Virus record (IMG/VR): IMGVR_UViG_3300020045_009774
Span: 1 to 38,721 of that record
Direction: 5' to 3' (one strand)
Source: a virus
Lineage: Duplodnaviria; Caudoviricetes
DNA: 38,721 nt
This document shows, in pieces, positions 1 to 8,490 of this stretch (within the stretch, counting starts at the first letter, position 1; every line of letters begins with the position of its first letter). Made by a program: the position numbers and the translations under genes. The notes below the pieces were generated by a model. It was not told where the DNA came from, ran no database searches, and saw nothing but the letters and a program-made list of their open reading frames with translations.

Positions 1-144
1 AAAAAATGGAGGGACAACAACAAGGAGTTTTTAAGAGAGAAAAACAAGAAATATCAGCAGGCTAATCGAGACGCTTTAAATATGAAGAAAAGAGAAAAGC
101 GAGCTAATGAAAGGTCTTTAAACTTAGCAGTATCTGATTTGTAA
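1..144 (+). CDS. 3' end of a basic, low-complexity phage protein (partial)
   Basis: Frame 1 open from the window edge to TAA 142-144 (KKWRDNNKEFLREKNKKYQQANRD...); Lys/Arg-rich repeats like those often flanking HNH domains. Confidence 0.5.
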   Translation, partial: KKWRDNNKEFLREKNKKYQQANRDALNMKKREKRANERSLNLAVSDL

Positions 145-279
145 AAAGACAATCACATGGTTATAATTGCCCTGTAATTTTCAGAAAAGCCGTTGCTGGA
201 CTTAATGAGAATCCTATTTTGATTTATATAAAAACCCCGCTTTTAGTCATTGCAGCAACCGATGACACGCGGGGTTTTT
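139..279 (+). promoter_or_regulatory. sigma70 promoter + paired-loop leader RNA, copy A
   Basis: TTGTAA-17-TATAAT (139-167); hairpin-1 loop GTTGCTG 192-198; nested stem AAAAACCCCGC/GCGGGGTTTTT with loop CAGCAAC 253-259 (exact complement). Confidence 0.75.
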
Positions 280-292
280 GTTGGATAAAGAA

Positions 293-499
293 ATGAAAGG
301 TTTTATTGAAGTAACTACACTAAAAAGCAATTCATTGGCATTGATTAACATTAATCACATTATTTCAGTCAATGAATCGATTGAAGATAATGAATCGCCA
401 TCATCACTTATGTATATAAATGGCACTGATGCAGGGTATCTTATAGTCAGAGAAGACTATATGTCTGTGCTGAAAAAAATACAGGCAGCAATGGAATAA
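293..499 (+). CDS. hypothetical protein (moron-like)
   Basis: ORF; ATG 293 directly after leader A preferred over TTG 278. Confidence 0.6.
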   Translation: MKGFIEVTTLKSNSLALININHIISVNESIEDNESPSSLMYINGTDAGYLIVREDYMSVLKKIQAAME

Positions 500-502
500 A
501 TC

Positions 503-958
503 ATGCAAACAAAGAAAGTAACGATCCCATACGGCGCGGACAAAGGAAAAATTTTTACCGTGTCCACGTTTCCCGCTTATGCTGAGTATCTATTCGCACA
601 GGAAGCAATACACTACTTCGGACAAGGAACGCTTAATGCCGATGAGTGGCAAGGTACAATTGCAATTAGCGGATTAATTGACTTCTTTTATAAAAAGTTT
701 GGCGGTGAATTACCGAAAAGTGACGACCCATTGCACGATATGCGTTTGATGGTTGTTAAGGCTATGCGGTTTCTGTCTACTGAACACTTTAAGAAATTGA
801 GCGACAAACTACTAAGCACGGTGCTTTTTATCAATGACAAGGGGCAGGAAGTGGACTTTATGCTTGATACGCAAATCACTGACGCACGAAACATTGCTTA
901 TTTAGTCGAGGAGGCAATAACGCTACACACGGATTTTTGGTGGGGCGTAGACCGCTAA
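503..958 (+). CDS. tail assembly chaperone (G-like)
   Basis: Upstream of tape measure; N-term GxDKGKxF motif typical of chaperones of small myoviruses; overlapped by a -1 frame ORF. Confidence 0.7.
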   Translation: MQTKKVTIPYGADKGKIFTVSTFPAYAEYLFAQEAIHYFGQGTLNADEWQGTIAISGLIDFFYKKFGGELPKSDDPLHDMRLMVVKAMRFLSTEHFKKLSDKLLSTVLFINDKGQEVDFMLDTQITDARNIAYLVEEAITLHTDFWWGVDR

Positions 959-1167
959 ACCTACGCCCATTCTCACAGACAGACAAGCACAAACACGCTG
1001 ATAATGTCGCGGAAACGGTTAATATTCATCCTTACTTTTCGCTACTTATCACCAACTGCTTAGCAACATTGCACGAATTAAAAACAGTCTATGATATGCG
1101 AGACGTTTACGACTTATTAGAGATTATCCAAGTTAATAATTACAACAAGGTTTTATTATCATCATGA
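937..1167 (+). CDS. tail assembly chaperone C-terminal extension (T-like, probably by -1 frameshift)
   Basis: -1 frame relative to 503..958; LATLHELKTVY..DxYDLLEIIxVNNYN motif; candidate slippery GGATTTTT 931-938; no clear RBS of its own. Confidence 0.65.
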   Translation: MVGRRPLNLRPFSQTDKHKHADNVAETVNIHPYFSLLITNCLATLHELKTVYDMRDVYDLLEIIQVNNYNKVLLSS

Positions 1168-1424
1168 AAACAAGAGCAGAAAGAGAAGCGGAATACAATC
1201 GTAAAGAACGGGAAGATAAGGCGCGAGCGGCTGAATTTGCAAGAAAAGCAAGCAACGGACACGCGTGGGGAATGGCGGTTTTAATAGCTGGGGCAATCCT
1301 TGGGTTTCTTTTTTATTTTACTCTCGATAGAGCGCAAAAAATAACTGCCGCCGATGAGTTTTATAATGCACACGGTTATTATGAGGCAGGAACGCCGCCA
1401 CAGTATAGACAGATAGGGCGTTAA
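1164..1424 (+). CDS. small membrane protein
   Basis: One hydrophobic helix WGMAVLIAGAILGFLFYF; ATGA overlap with upstream stop. Confidence 0.6.
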   Translation: MKTRAEREAEYNRKEREDKARAAEFARKASNGHAWGMAVLIAGAILGFLFYFTLDRAQKITAADEFYNAHGYYEAGTPPQYRQIGR

Positions 1425-1433
1425 GTCGATTAG

Positions 1434-1460
1434 AAAAGCCCCATTTATTGGGGCTTTTTT
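1434..1460 (+). terminator. intrinsic terminator
   Basis: AAAAGCCCCA-tttat-TGGGGCTTTTTT. Confidence 0.8.
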
Positions 1461-1461
1461 G

Positions 1462-1577
1462 TGTTATAATTTTTTTGTGCTTTTCTGTACCGTGTCGAAT
1501 ACGTTAAAGAAAAGTGCATCACTTTACGTTAAGCCCGTTTACACTGATAATTCGACTGTCAGTATTGCGGGTTTTTT
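1462..1577 (+). promoter_or_regulatory. extended -10 promoter + paired-loop leader RNA, copy B
   Basis: TGtTATAAT 1462-1470; hairpin-1 loop GTCGAAT 1494-1500; nested stem AAGCCCGT/GCGGGTTT with loop ATTCGAC 1550-1556. Confidence 0.75.
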
Positions 1578-1590
1578 GTTGGATGAAATT

Positions 1591-1986
1591 ATGAGAGAAA
1601 GAAAAGCGGTTAATATATCACTTCCTTATGTTCCTTATTTTATTGGAACTAATATAAAGTTTATTGCTCAATACGCAATAAGCGTTGATGAGGTTCGTGG
1701 CGATATGGCAACAATGAAGCAATTAGCCGATGATATTAATGATGCTATCGACTATGTAAATATCATAGTCGATAGAAGACTGAACAAGTCAATTTTTGCC
1801 GCATTAAATTCTTGGTGCGTAGAAGCAACTAAACGAGGGTTCTTGTTTTGCGATATACACCATAATTCAATGCGTAATGCGCCTATAAATCAACAGTCAG
1901 TTGTTTTTTTAGAGAGAATTGGCGAGTTAAAACCATATTTGTGTGGTGTGTGGGACGGCACAACAGGTTGGATGGAGTCATTATGA
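1591..1986 (+). CDS. hypothetical protein
   Basis: ATG 1591 after leader B; the track start at 1459 runs through the promoter and leader. Confidence 0.6.
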   Translation: MRERKAVNISLPYVPYFIGTNIKFIAQYAISVDEVRGDMATMKQLADDINDAIDYVNIIVDRRLNKSIFAALNSWCVEATKRGFLFCDIHHNSMRNAPINQQSVVFLERIGELKPYLCGVWDGTTGWMESL

Positions 1987-2378
1987 AAACGAGCGTAGAA
2001 TTACAAAAAAGACCATTTGAAAAAGGCGATATGGTTATCGGGGTTAATGATAGTGGCAACCTTTGCACTGGAAGTGTGGTATCGACAAACACAAATAGAG
2101 GTGTTTTATTGTCACTAAATCATGCGTTATTCCATGATAGTGATTGCGATATTATTACCATACGCGCACCAAGAAAAGGCAGTAAAGATGCAAGAAATAT
2201 TGTGGCTATGTTGTGCAAAGTATGGAGGGGGCATTTATCAGATATTCTCGATTATCATATACAATGCAATGACTCAGTTTTTTCACGATCTCTGTTTTGG
2301 CAAAGACGAAAAGAAAAAGAGTTTAATAGCCACAGCTCTTTTTTGCATTATGAAAAAGCAAAATCAATGCTTGAGTAG
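1983..2378 (+). CDS. hypothetical protein, paralog of 15521..15886
   Basis: ATGA coupling; shares KRPF.GDM, IR.PRKG..ARxIVAML and KAKSML with the minus-strand gene at 15.5 kb. Confidence 0.7.
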   Translation: MKTSVELQKRPFEKGDMVIGVNDSGNLCTGSVVSTNTNRGVLLSLNHALFHDSDCDIITIRAPRKGSKDARNIVAMLCKVWRGHLSDILDYHIQCNDSVFSRSLFWQRRKEKEFNSHSSFLHYEKAKSMLE

Positions 2379-2381
2379 CGA

Positions 2382-2490
2382 TATAATGTTTATGGATTCG
2401 CGTCCTAACTGAGAAATTAAACGAAGCCAGATTTTATAGAACGGGGTTATTTCTCACCCACGCGAACGTTCTTTAAGTCTGGCTTTTTTT
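2382..2490 (+). promoter_or_regulatory. promoter + double paired-loop (C4-like) leader RNA, copy C
   Basis: TATAAT 2382-2387; TTCGCGT 2397-2403 pairs ACGCGAA 2460-2466; TGAGAAAT 2410-2417 pairs ATTTCTCA 2449-2456; outer stem AAGCCAGA/TCTGGCTT + T tract. Confidence 0.7.
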
Positions 2491-2491
2491 A

Positions 2492-2971
2492 TTGATTAAT
2501 TCAATAGACTGAAAACCGTCTATTCTTATAAAACAAGGGCTTGGAACATTTGTGGCTAAGCAACTGGTTTATTCTTACGCAATGTAGCTAAGCTCTGAAT
2601 TTGCGCTGCACGTTATTGATACTTTTGACGCGGTTGCCACGCAATCTGTTCGAGAGCTGAAAAAGTTCCAAGCTGTCATCGAGCAACAAGCAGCTACAAT
2701 GGAATTGTTTGATAAGCGTGAGCCGCGTGATTTAAAGTCGCTAGCCGTTATTCTTGATAAGCCATCGTGTTATGTGCAGGTTGACCACGAAGTGCTAGAG
2801 AGACACGGCTATTTAACCAGCAAGGATTATTGGCAAAAATACACGGTTAAAACACCCACGGATAAACTTGGTAGCCTTTGTATTGGACGCAAAGGCAACA
2901 CGCTACTCTATGACCCGAAAATAAAAGAGTTGATTAGATTGCTACACGAAACAGAATCACTTTTTAACTAA
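2492..2971 (+). pseudogene. KilA-N domain (antirepressor-like) gene remnant
   Basis: In frame with ORF 2699..2971: QGLGTFVAKQLVYSYAM*LSSEFALHVIDTFD matches the KilA-N C-terminal motif with the conserved Trp as TAG 2585-2587; another TGA at 2510; N-terminus missing. Confidence 0.75.
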
Positions 2972-2978
2972 ACAAACT

Positions 2979-3002
2979 AAGCCGCTACCAAGCGGCTTTT
3001 TT
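2979..3002 (+). terminator. intrinsic terminator, followed by -10 TGcCATAAT for the tape measure gene
   Basis: AAGCCGCT-acca-AGCGGCTTTTTT. Confidence 0.8.
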
Positions 3003-3035
3003 ATGCCATAATATCAGCCATTTTAGGGGAAAAAC

Positions 3036-4847
3036 ATGATTATTGAAGAAGCTGAAATTGTCCTGAATTTTGATGGCAACAAGGTATCAAAAGGTCTCAA
3101 AGACACCAAGAAAGGGATAACCGACTTAAATCAAGATGCCAGTAAATTTGGTAAACATATCAGCAGCACGCTTGGTGAAATAAAGAATGTCACTGGTGAA
3201 ATATCAAAGGTAGGTGCGGCTCTTGGCTTGGTTGTCGGTACTACAGACTACATTAGACAGGTAGCAATTGCCACCCGTGCGACTGACAATCTCAGTAAAT
3301 CCGTGGGCATGGGTGCGGATGAGATTACCGCTAATCGACTGGCTAATGAACGACTTGGCATTAGTATGGAAGCGACTAATACTATCATGGCTGAACGCGC
3401 ATCAATACAAGCTAGACTAAACACGGGCGGAGACGCTGTCGCATTGCTGGGGCAAGATTTTTCGGCGCGGGGTGGTAATGTCAATGTTATGCGCACTGGT
3501 AGCTACGATGAACAAATAGCTGAGTTCAAACGAATTTATGATAAAACCATTGCAACAAGAAAAGATTTTAACAAGGAAACACAAGCACAAGCAGAATCCT
3601 ACGCGTCTAATCTGAACATCACAGGATGGCAAGAATTATTGCCTATTTTGCGAATGACTAATGATGAATATCGCAATCTGGTTAATACGCAAAAAGAACG
3701 CTCTGGAATTACAGATGAAAATACCGAAGAAGCCAAGAAATTAGCCGCTGAGTGGTCGGCGGTAAGTAGCAACATTAGTTTGTTAGGTCAAAAAACAGCC
3801 AGAACATTAACCCCTGCTACCACGGGTTTTGCCAAGTATTTAAACTATGCCACGAAAGATTCTAAAACGCTTGGCGATGAAATGTTTAAGCTTAACCCTG
3901 TTTTAGGGGTGATGGTTAAAACAATGAATCTAGGCGGTGAAGCCATTGATTATATGAACAATGGCTGGGCTAAAATGTCAGCTTATATCAGGGATATAGC
4001 TGGTTTTTCGCCGCTTGGAAAATTAGGAGAGAATATTAATAATGCACTGCCAGAAAGCGTATCTAATGGTATCGGCAGTGGAATTGCTCATATATTAGCG
4101 GCTGGGGGTAACGAGGAAGCAGGTAACGCAATAAAAATTAATGCGACTACCGACGAACAGAAAGAAAATATGCGTATGGTGTATGAAGCGTATAAAAAGC
4201 AAGGACTAAGCCATAACCAAGCGGCAACGATGACCAGTGAAGTCGGGCGCGAAAATGACTTTAATTCTAAGTTTATGTTCGGCACACATACCGATAAAGC
4301 AGGTGGACAGAACATCGGCATGATTTCAATGCAAGGCGATAGAAATCCCGCGCTACAGGAGTACATGAAAAATAGGGGGCTAATGAAAGGCGGCAAAATG
4401 GAACACTCGCAAGCGGCTATCGATGCACAGGCGGCTTTCCAAGTTGCTGAAATGAAAAGCGGTAAATACCCAAAAGCTGAGGAGTTTTTATCTAAGCCAG
4501 ACATAGGACGCAATGAGGGTAGTGAGCTTATGGGGACTGGGTATGTAAAATGGGCTAAGCATCAAACGCGATTACGCAACGGCGAATCATTCAACCCCGC
4601 GCCACACCTTGCCAAAGAATACGGGTATTATGATGCTGTTAACAAAATGCAACAACAACCCCCATCAATCGACACCAAAGCTCTTGCAAACCCACAAGCA
4701 CAATCAGCACAAGGGGCAACTACCACCAATAACGTGACAATTAACCTGCCAACAACTGACCCAGCGCAGGCGGGTAATGTGATTGAATCGCAACTAAAAA
4801 ATGTATCTAAAAACGCGCCATACCGCAGCGGAATGAACCCATCATGA
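3036..4847 (+). CDS. tape measure protein with C-terminal tail lysozyme-like domain
   Basis: 603 aa helical Ala/Gly-rich protein between chaperones and baseplate; GLSHNQAA...EVGRE.DF...GMISMQGDR resembles phage tail lysozyme. Confidence 0.85.
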   Translation: MIIEEAEIVLNFDGNKVSKGLKDTKKGITDLNQDASKFGKHISSTLGEIKNVTGEISKVGAALGLVVGTTDYIRQVAIATRATDNLSKSVGMGADEITANRLANERLGISMEATNTIMAERASIQARLNTGGDAVALLGQDFSARGGNVNVMRTGSYDEQIAEFKRIYDKTIATRKDFNKETQAQAESYASNLNITGWQELLPILRMTNDEYRNLVNTQKERSGITDENTEEAKKLAAEWSAVSSNISLLGQKTARTLTPATTGFAKYLNYATKDSKTLGDEMFKLNPVLGVMVKTMNLGGEAIDYMNNGWAKMSAYIRDIAGFSPLGKLGENINNALPESVSNGIGSGIAHILAAGGNEEAGNAIKINATTDEQKENMRMVYEAYKKQGLSHNQAATMTSEVGRENDFNSKFMFGTHTDKAGGQNIGMISMQGDRNPALQEYMKNRGLMKGGKMEHSQAAIDAQAAFQVAEMKSGKYPKAEEFLSKPDIGRNEGSELMGTGYVKWAKHQTRLRNGESFNPAPHLAKEYGYYDAVNKMQQQPPSIDTKALANPQAQSAQGATTTNNVTINLPTTDPAQAGNVIESQLKNVSKNAPYRSGMNPS

Positions 4848-5410
4848 TAACGACACCTATAGACCCGATTATTGAGCTGCCGACAATTACCATCAATGCG
4901 GTAGCGGCATTAGCCACAGTTAAACAGCGGCGTTTTTACCTACTTACAATGGACGATTCCCCCGTGCTTGAATGGGATGGTGGATTGGCTTACGATAATA
5001 CAAACACGTCTTTTATCATTGATGACCCGATAGAGGGCGGTTTTACGTCTCATGATAAAGTTCGTAGCCCGCTATCCTGTACTATTTTTGCCACGGCAAC
5101 AGACCCGCAAAGACGGCGGTTATTTTTAGAGGAAGCCGAGGCGGCTGTTGACAATGTTACTTTGTATAAATTAGTAACGCCCGACATTACGCACACCAAT
5201 TTATCAATCGTAGGCGTTAATGGCTATCGAAACCCCGATAACTTTTATTCGAGCGTAGGCGTGTCGTTTAAATTGCGAGAGGTACGGCTAAATGGCAATA
5301 CCCGCATAGACAAAACCGCAGAACCCACGGCGGCTAGTAGGACGCATAATGGGCAGGTCACGCCTATAATAATGCCCCCAGTAACAACATTTCAGGCGGT
5401 AACGATATGA
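4844..5410 (+). CDS. baseplate / tail-tube initiator (Dit-like) protein
   Basis: Follows tape measure; PIEGGF.S.DKV.SP and LYxLVTPD...N motifs; ends LREVR. Confidence 0.7.
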   Translation: MITTPIDPIIELPTITINAVAALATVKQRRFYLLTMDDSPVLEWDGGLAYDNTNTSFIIDDPIEGGFTSHDKVRSPLSCTIFATATDPQRRRLFLEEAEAAVDNVTLYKLVTPDITHTNLSIVGVNGYRNPDNFYSSVGVSFKLREVRLNGNTRIDKTAEPTAASRTHNGQVTPIIMPPVTTFQAVTI

Positions 5411-5700
5411 TGTTAAAAATACCGATAACAGCGCACCCAAACCAAGTTTTTGACGTTGCTATTAATAATCAATACTGCACGATAACCCTACTACAGCGCG
5501 ATAATGGCTTGTATTTTGGACTGGTATCTAATGGCTTGCCCGTGTGTGATAACGTGCTGTGCCTTAATAAGCAACCTGTTATTTTTACTGACTATCGCGG
5601 GTTTATTGGGTCACTGACTTTTTATGATAATCAAGGCGATACCGCGCCAGTTTGGGATGGGCTTGGTAGTCGGTTTGAGTTGATTTATGAGGCGCGATGA
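5407..5700 (+). CDS. small baseplate (plug-like) protein
   Basis: IP...PNQ.F.V.I..Q.C.I.L.QR..GLY and P.WDGLGSRF.L.Y motifs typical of this gene position. Confidence 0.7.
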   Translation: MMLKIPITAHPNQVFDVAINNQYCTITLLQRDNGLYFGLVSNGLPVCDNVLCLNKQPVIFTDYRGFIGSLTFYDNQGDTAPVWDGLGSRFELIYEAR

Positions 5701-5817
5701 TTAAAACCTAATTGTCAATCGGTGATATAATACGCACACTATCTGGGTGTTGGCTTAGCCCGATAAACAAACGCACAGAACCTTATTAGTCTATTTTAAT
5801 TAACTTTTAATTTAGGA

Positions 5818-6090
5818 ATGGAAATGCAAAGCATTGAACCACAAAGAAAAGCATCGTCTGACGTTATGATTGATAGCGTTAATGATTGCTTAGATAGACT
5901 GTTAATCTTGGTTGAAAGAGCTAGTGACAAATTAAAACCAGTAAGACTTGATATTTCCAAGCTTGCCGAATCTGGACAAAAATTAAAACAGCAATACCCA
6001 CCATTAATGGAAACCGTTTTAGGTAAGTGCGAAGCCCTCAATGAGCTAATGGATAGGCTCGAACACATTATTGAGACAGTTGATTTGTAG
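5818..6090 (+). CDS. hypothetical protein (moron inside baseplate operon)
   Basis: ORF with AGGA RBS; upstream TATAAT 5726-5731. Confidence 0.6.
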   Translation: MEMQSIEPQRKASSDVMIDSVNDCLDRLLILVERASDKLKPVRLDISKLAESGQKLKQQYPPLMETVLGKCEALNELMDRLEHIIETVDL

Positions 6091-6105
6091 GTAACAAAGC
6101 TATAC

Positions 6106-6160
6106 CCATCGGGCGGTCTTATAATCCGTAGCTTTCGCCAGCGTTCCCGATGGTCTTTTT
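6106..6160 (+). promoter_or_regulatory. branched hairpin with T tail (possible C4-like element, copy F)
   Basis: CCATCGGG/CCCGATGG outer stem enclosing two small hairpins; loop TCGCCA complementary to TGGCGA 6163-6168. Confidence 0.45.
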
Positions 6161-6187
6161 AATGGCGACTATTTGACAGGCAATAAA

Positions 6188-6604
6188 ATGAAATTAAGCA
6201 AAACAAAATTAGCGATACTAACCGTATTGGCATCAAGCAAATATGACTTATCGAGTCGTGAAATATTTGAAACACTAATCGTCATCAACAAAGATTTTGA
6301 GTGTATCCCATCAATTGCCAATTTTTTAGAAAACCTAAAGAACAGCGGATATATTGAAAACGGACTTTCAGAGATAGTTAATCGCAAAACGGTTTTGATG
6401 TGGCGAGTTTCCGATACTGGCAGGGCGTTAATTAAAAGCAATAACGATGAAATTGTGGAAGCCGAATCGCCTACATCATTATTTCACAGCATCGAAAACT
6501 TAGATGAAAAAATCGGCACACTGCACAAGCTATTAGATATCGTACCCGATGAATGGGTTGTTTTGCTGAATGGAATTATTGATGATTTGAGTCGCACAGC
6601 ATGA
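6188..6604 (+). CDS. putative winged-helix DNA-binding protein (moron)
   Basis: ILTVL...LSSREI...IANFLENLKNSGYI...WRVSDTG winged-helix pattern. Confidence 0.55.
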   Translation: MKLSKTKLAILTVLASSKYDLSSREIFETLIVINKDFECIPSIANFLENLKNSGYIENGLSEIVNRKTVLMWRVSDTGRALIKSNNDEIVEAESPTSLFHSIENLDEKIGTLHKLLDIVPDEWVVLLNGIIDDLSRTA

Positions 6605-7491
6605 CAACCGAATTTAAAGAAAAGCTAATAGAAGTTACCATCGAATTTTGGAGCGGTATCGGCTATTCCGAAAAAAAGACTTTTTCAGGGTTGCACATAA
6701 AAGCACACATTGAAAACCTTGGTAGTGGTGGACAGTCATTTGCAACGTTGCACATTTTTGGAATGTCACACGCCGATATGAACCGACTAACAGTCACAGG
6801 GGCGATTAATCAAGATTTTATTGCTAAGCATAAGGTCATGGTAGCGGCTGGGGAAGCTGGTGGCTTGATGCAAGTGGTACACACTGGGGCGATTGATATT
6901 GCTTATATTGATAGTCAGATACAACCATCACGCGCTTTTGTTATCGAATCAAGAACCGCGCTTACTGAACAACTAACCGCCGTTAAAGCCACATCTTTTG
7001 AGGGTAGCAAGCAAGTATCGGCTATTCTTTCCGAGCTGGTAAAGGATGCTAATTTAACACTTGTGGATAAAGGGATTGGCGCAGCACCCCTTGATAATGC
7101 TTACTTCACCAGCGACCCAATATCTAAAATAAAAGAATGTTGTGAATCTGTGGGAATTGAATACGATATTAATAACGGATTTTTAACAGTCTGGTTATCT
7201 GGCAAGGAGCAAAAAAGCGGTATTTTTGTTAGTGCGGCTTTTGATAATGCGCCTTTAATGATTGGTACGCCATCCTGTGCAAGCAATATTTTAACGGTTG
7301 CTACTCAGTTTTTTACAGGGTTTAAATTATCAGAGCATTTTGAGATTAAAAGCACACGCAATGAACCTGCAAGCGGTCTATGGATACCTAACAAAATCTC
7401 TTATGATTTGGAGTGTTTAAATCCTAAAGGCGGTGGACTGTGGCGTACTGTTGTGGATTGTTTTAAATTTATCGGAGGTCAAGGTGGATAA
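6601..7491 (+). CDS. baseplate hub protein
   Basis: Size and position before spike; A.L.IFGMS..DMN.L, G.I..AY.D and M.G.P motifs. Confidence 0.75.
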   Translation: MTTEFKEKLIEVTIEFWSGIGYSEKKTFSGLHIKAHIENLGSGGQSFATLHIFGMSHADMNRLTVTGAINQDFIAKHKVMVAAGEAGGLMQVVHTGAIDIAYIDSQIQPSRAFVIESRTALTEQLTAVKATSFEGSKQVSAILSELVKDANLTLVDKGIGAAPLDNAYFTSDPISKIKECCESVGIEYDINNGFLTVWLSGKEQKSGIFVSAAFDNAPLMIGTPSCASNILTVATQFFTGFKLSEHFEIKSTRNEPASGLWIPNKISYDLECLNPKGGGLWRTVVDCFKFIGGQGG

Positions 7492-8137
7492 TTACAGTGA
7501 GCTATTTACGGAGCAAGGGCGCGATAAGGCAAAAATAAACGCCATAGCGGCACAGCATGGGCGTACTGCATACCCTTGTGAAGTTGTGGGTGTACATAAA
7601 AACACAAAAGACGGCAGGGTTTTTTATTATGTTGATATAGAACCGCAAAACTATCAATTGTCTAGTGATAAAAAACCAATTGAGCAGTCAATTATTTATA
7701 ACGTACCTACTCAGCAATGGCAAGGCGGCAAGTGTGCGGTTATTATTGCCCCGCAAATTGGAGACAGGGGTTTTGCGCTGATTTGTCACATGGATATAAG
7801 TGGCATAAAAAACTCGCTTGGACGCAAGTCTCCACCCGTCTCTAATCGTCATAATTCATATTCCGACAGTATTTATTTAGGCATGATGTTTGGCGAAGAC
7901 CCAGTTGATTTTGTGCTAATAGAGCCGCAAAAAATAACCATAAAAACTACCGAAGTGCAAATTAACGCCGATACTGTTAAAATAAGCAAAGATTTAGAAG
8001 TTGGGGGCAATATGAAAGTAACTGATAATATTGAGTCATTTGGAACGGTTAAGAATATGGGTATTAATATCGGGGCAACGCACACGCACGGCGGCGTTAT
8101 GAGCGGCTTAGCATCTACATTGCCGCCTAATCCATGA
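7484..8137 (+). CDS. baseplate central spike (gpV/gp138-like)
   Basis: GGAGG RBS + GTG 7484; P.IGD.G, DIS..K and C-terminal iron-binding THTHGGV. Confidence 0.85.
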   Translation: MDNYSELFTEQGRDKAKINAIAAQHGRTAYPCEVVGVHKNTKDGRVFYYVDIEPQNYQLSSDKKPIEQSIIYNVPTQQWQGGKCAVIIAPQIGDRGFALICHMDISGIKNSLGRKSPPVSNRHNSYSDSIYLGMMFGEDPVDFVLIEPQKITIKTTEVQINADTVKISKDLEVGGNMKVTDNIESFGTVKNMGINIGATHTHGGVMSGLASTLPPNP

Positions 8138-8490
8138 CCAACACAACACTATTAATCGACATTAACGGCGATATTGTCCTAGACGCGGCGGGTAATTTTA
8201 CTTTTGCCGATGGTATTGACCAAGTGGCACAGGATTGTTGGTTAGCAGTGCAAACACTGACCAAGGATATTTGGTATAATCAGCAATACGGTATCCCTTA
8301 TTTTGAAAATATCCTAGGTGGCAATCCACCAGAATCATTGATAGCGCGTTACATTCAGGACACCGTTGGCATAGTGACAAACGTGGCTAAAGTCAGTGTT
8401 AGCGGTGTTGGAATAGACAAAGACAGAGCACTACACACAACCATCAATATCACGTCTACAGACGCACAAACGGCAACATTGACGATATGA
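8134..8490 (+). CDS. baseplate wedge / sheath initiator protein
   Basis: DI.LDA.GN, VAQD and WYN...GIPYF motifs; between spike and gpJ. Confidence 0.75.
   Translation: MTNTTLLIDINGDIVLDAAGNFTFADGIDQVAQDCWLAVQTLTKDIWYNQQYGIPYFENILGGNPPESLIARYIQDTVGIVTNVAKVSVSGVGIDKDRALHTTINITSTDAQTATLTI

Noticed and set aside
1459-1590. N-terminal extensions in the ORF track (1459, also 278, 11627, 26667, 30442, 37913)
   Set aside because: They run through promoters, leaders or upstream genes; downstream ATGs have better RBS or translational coupling
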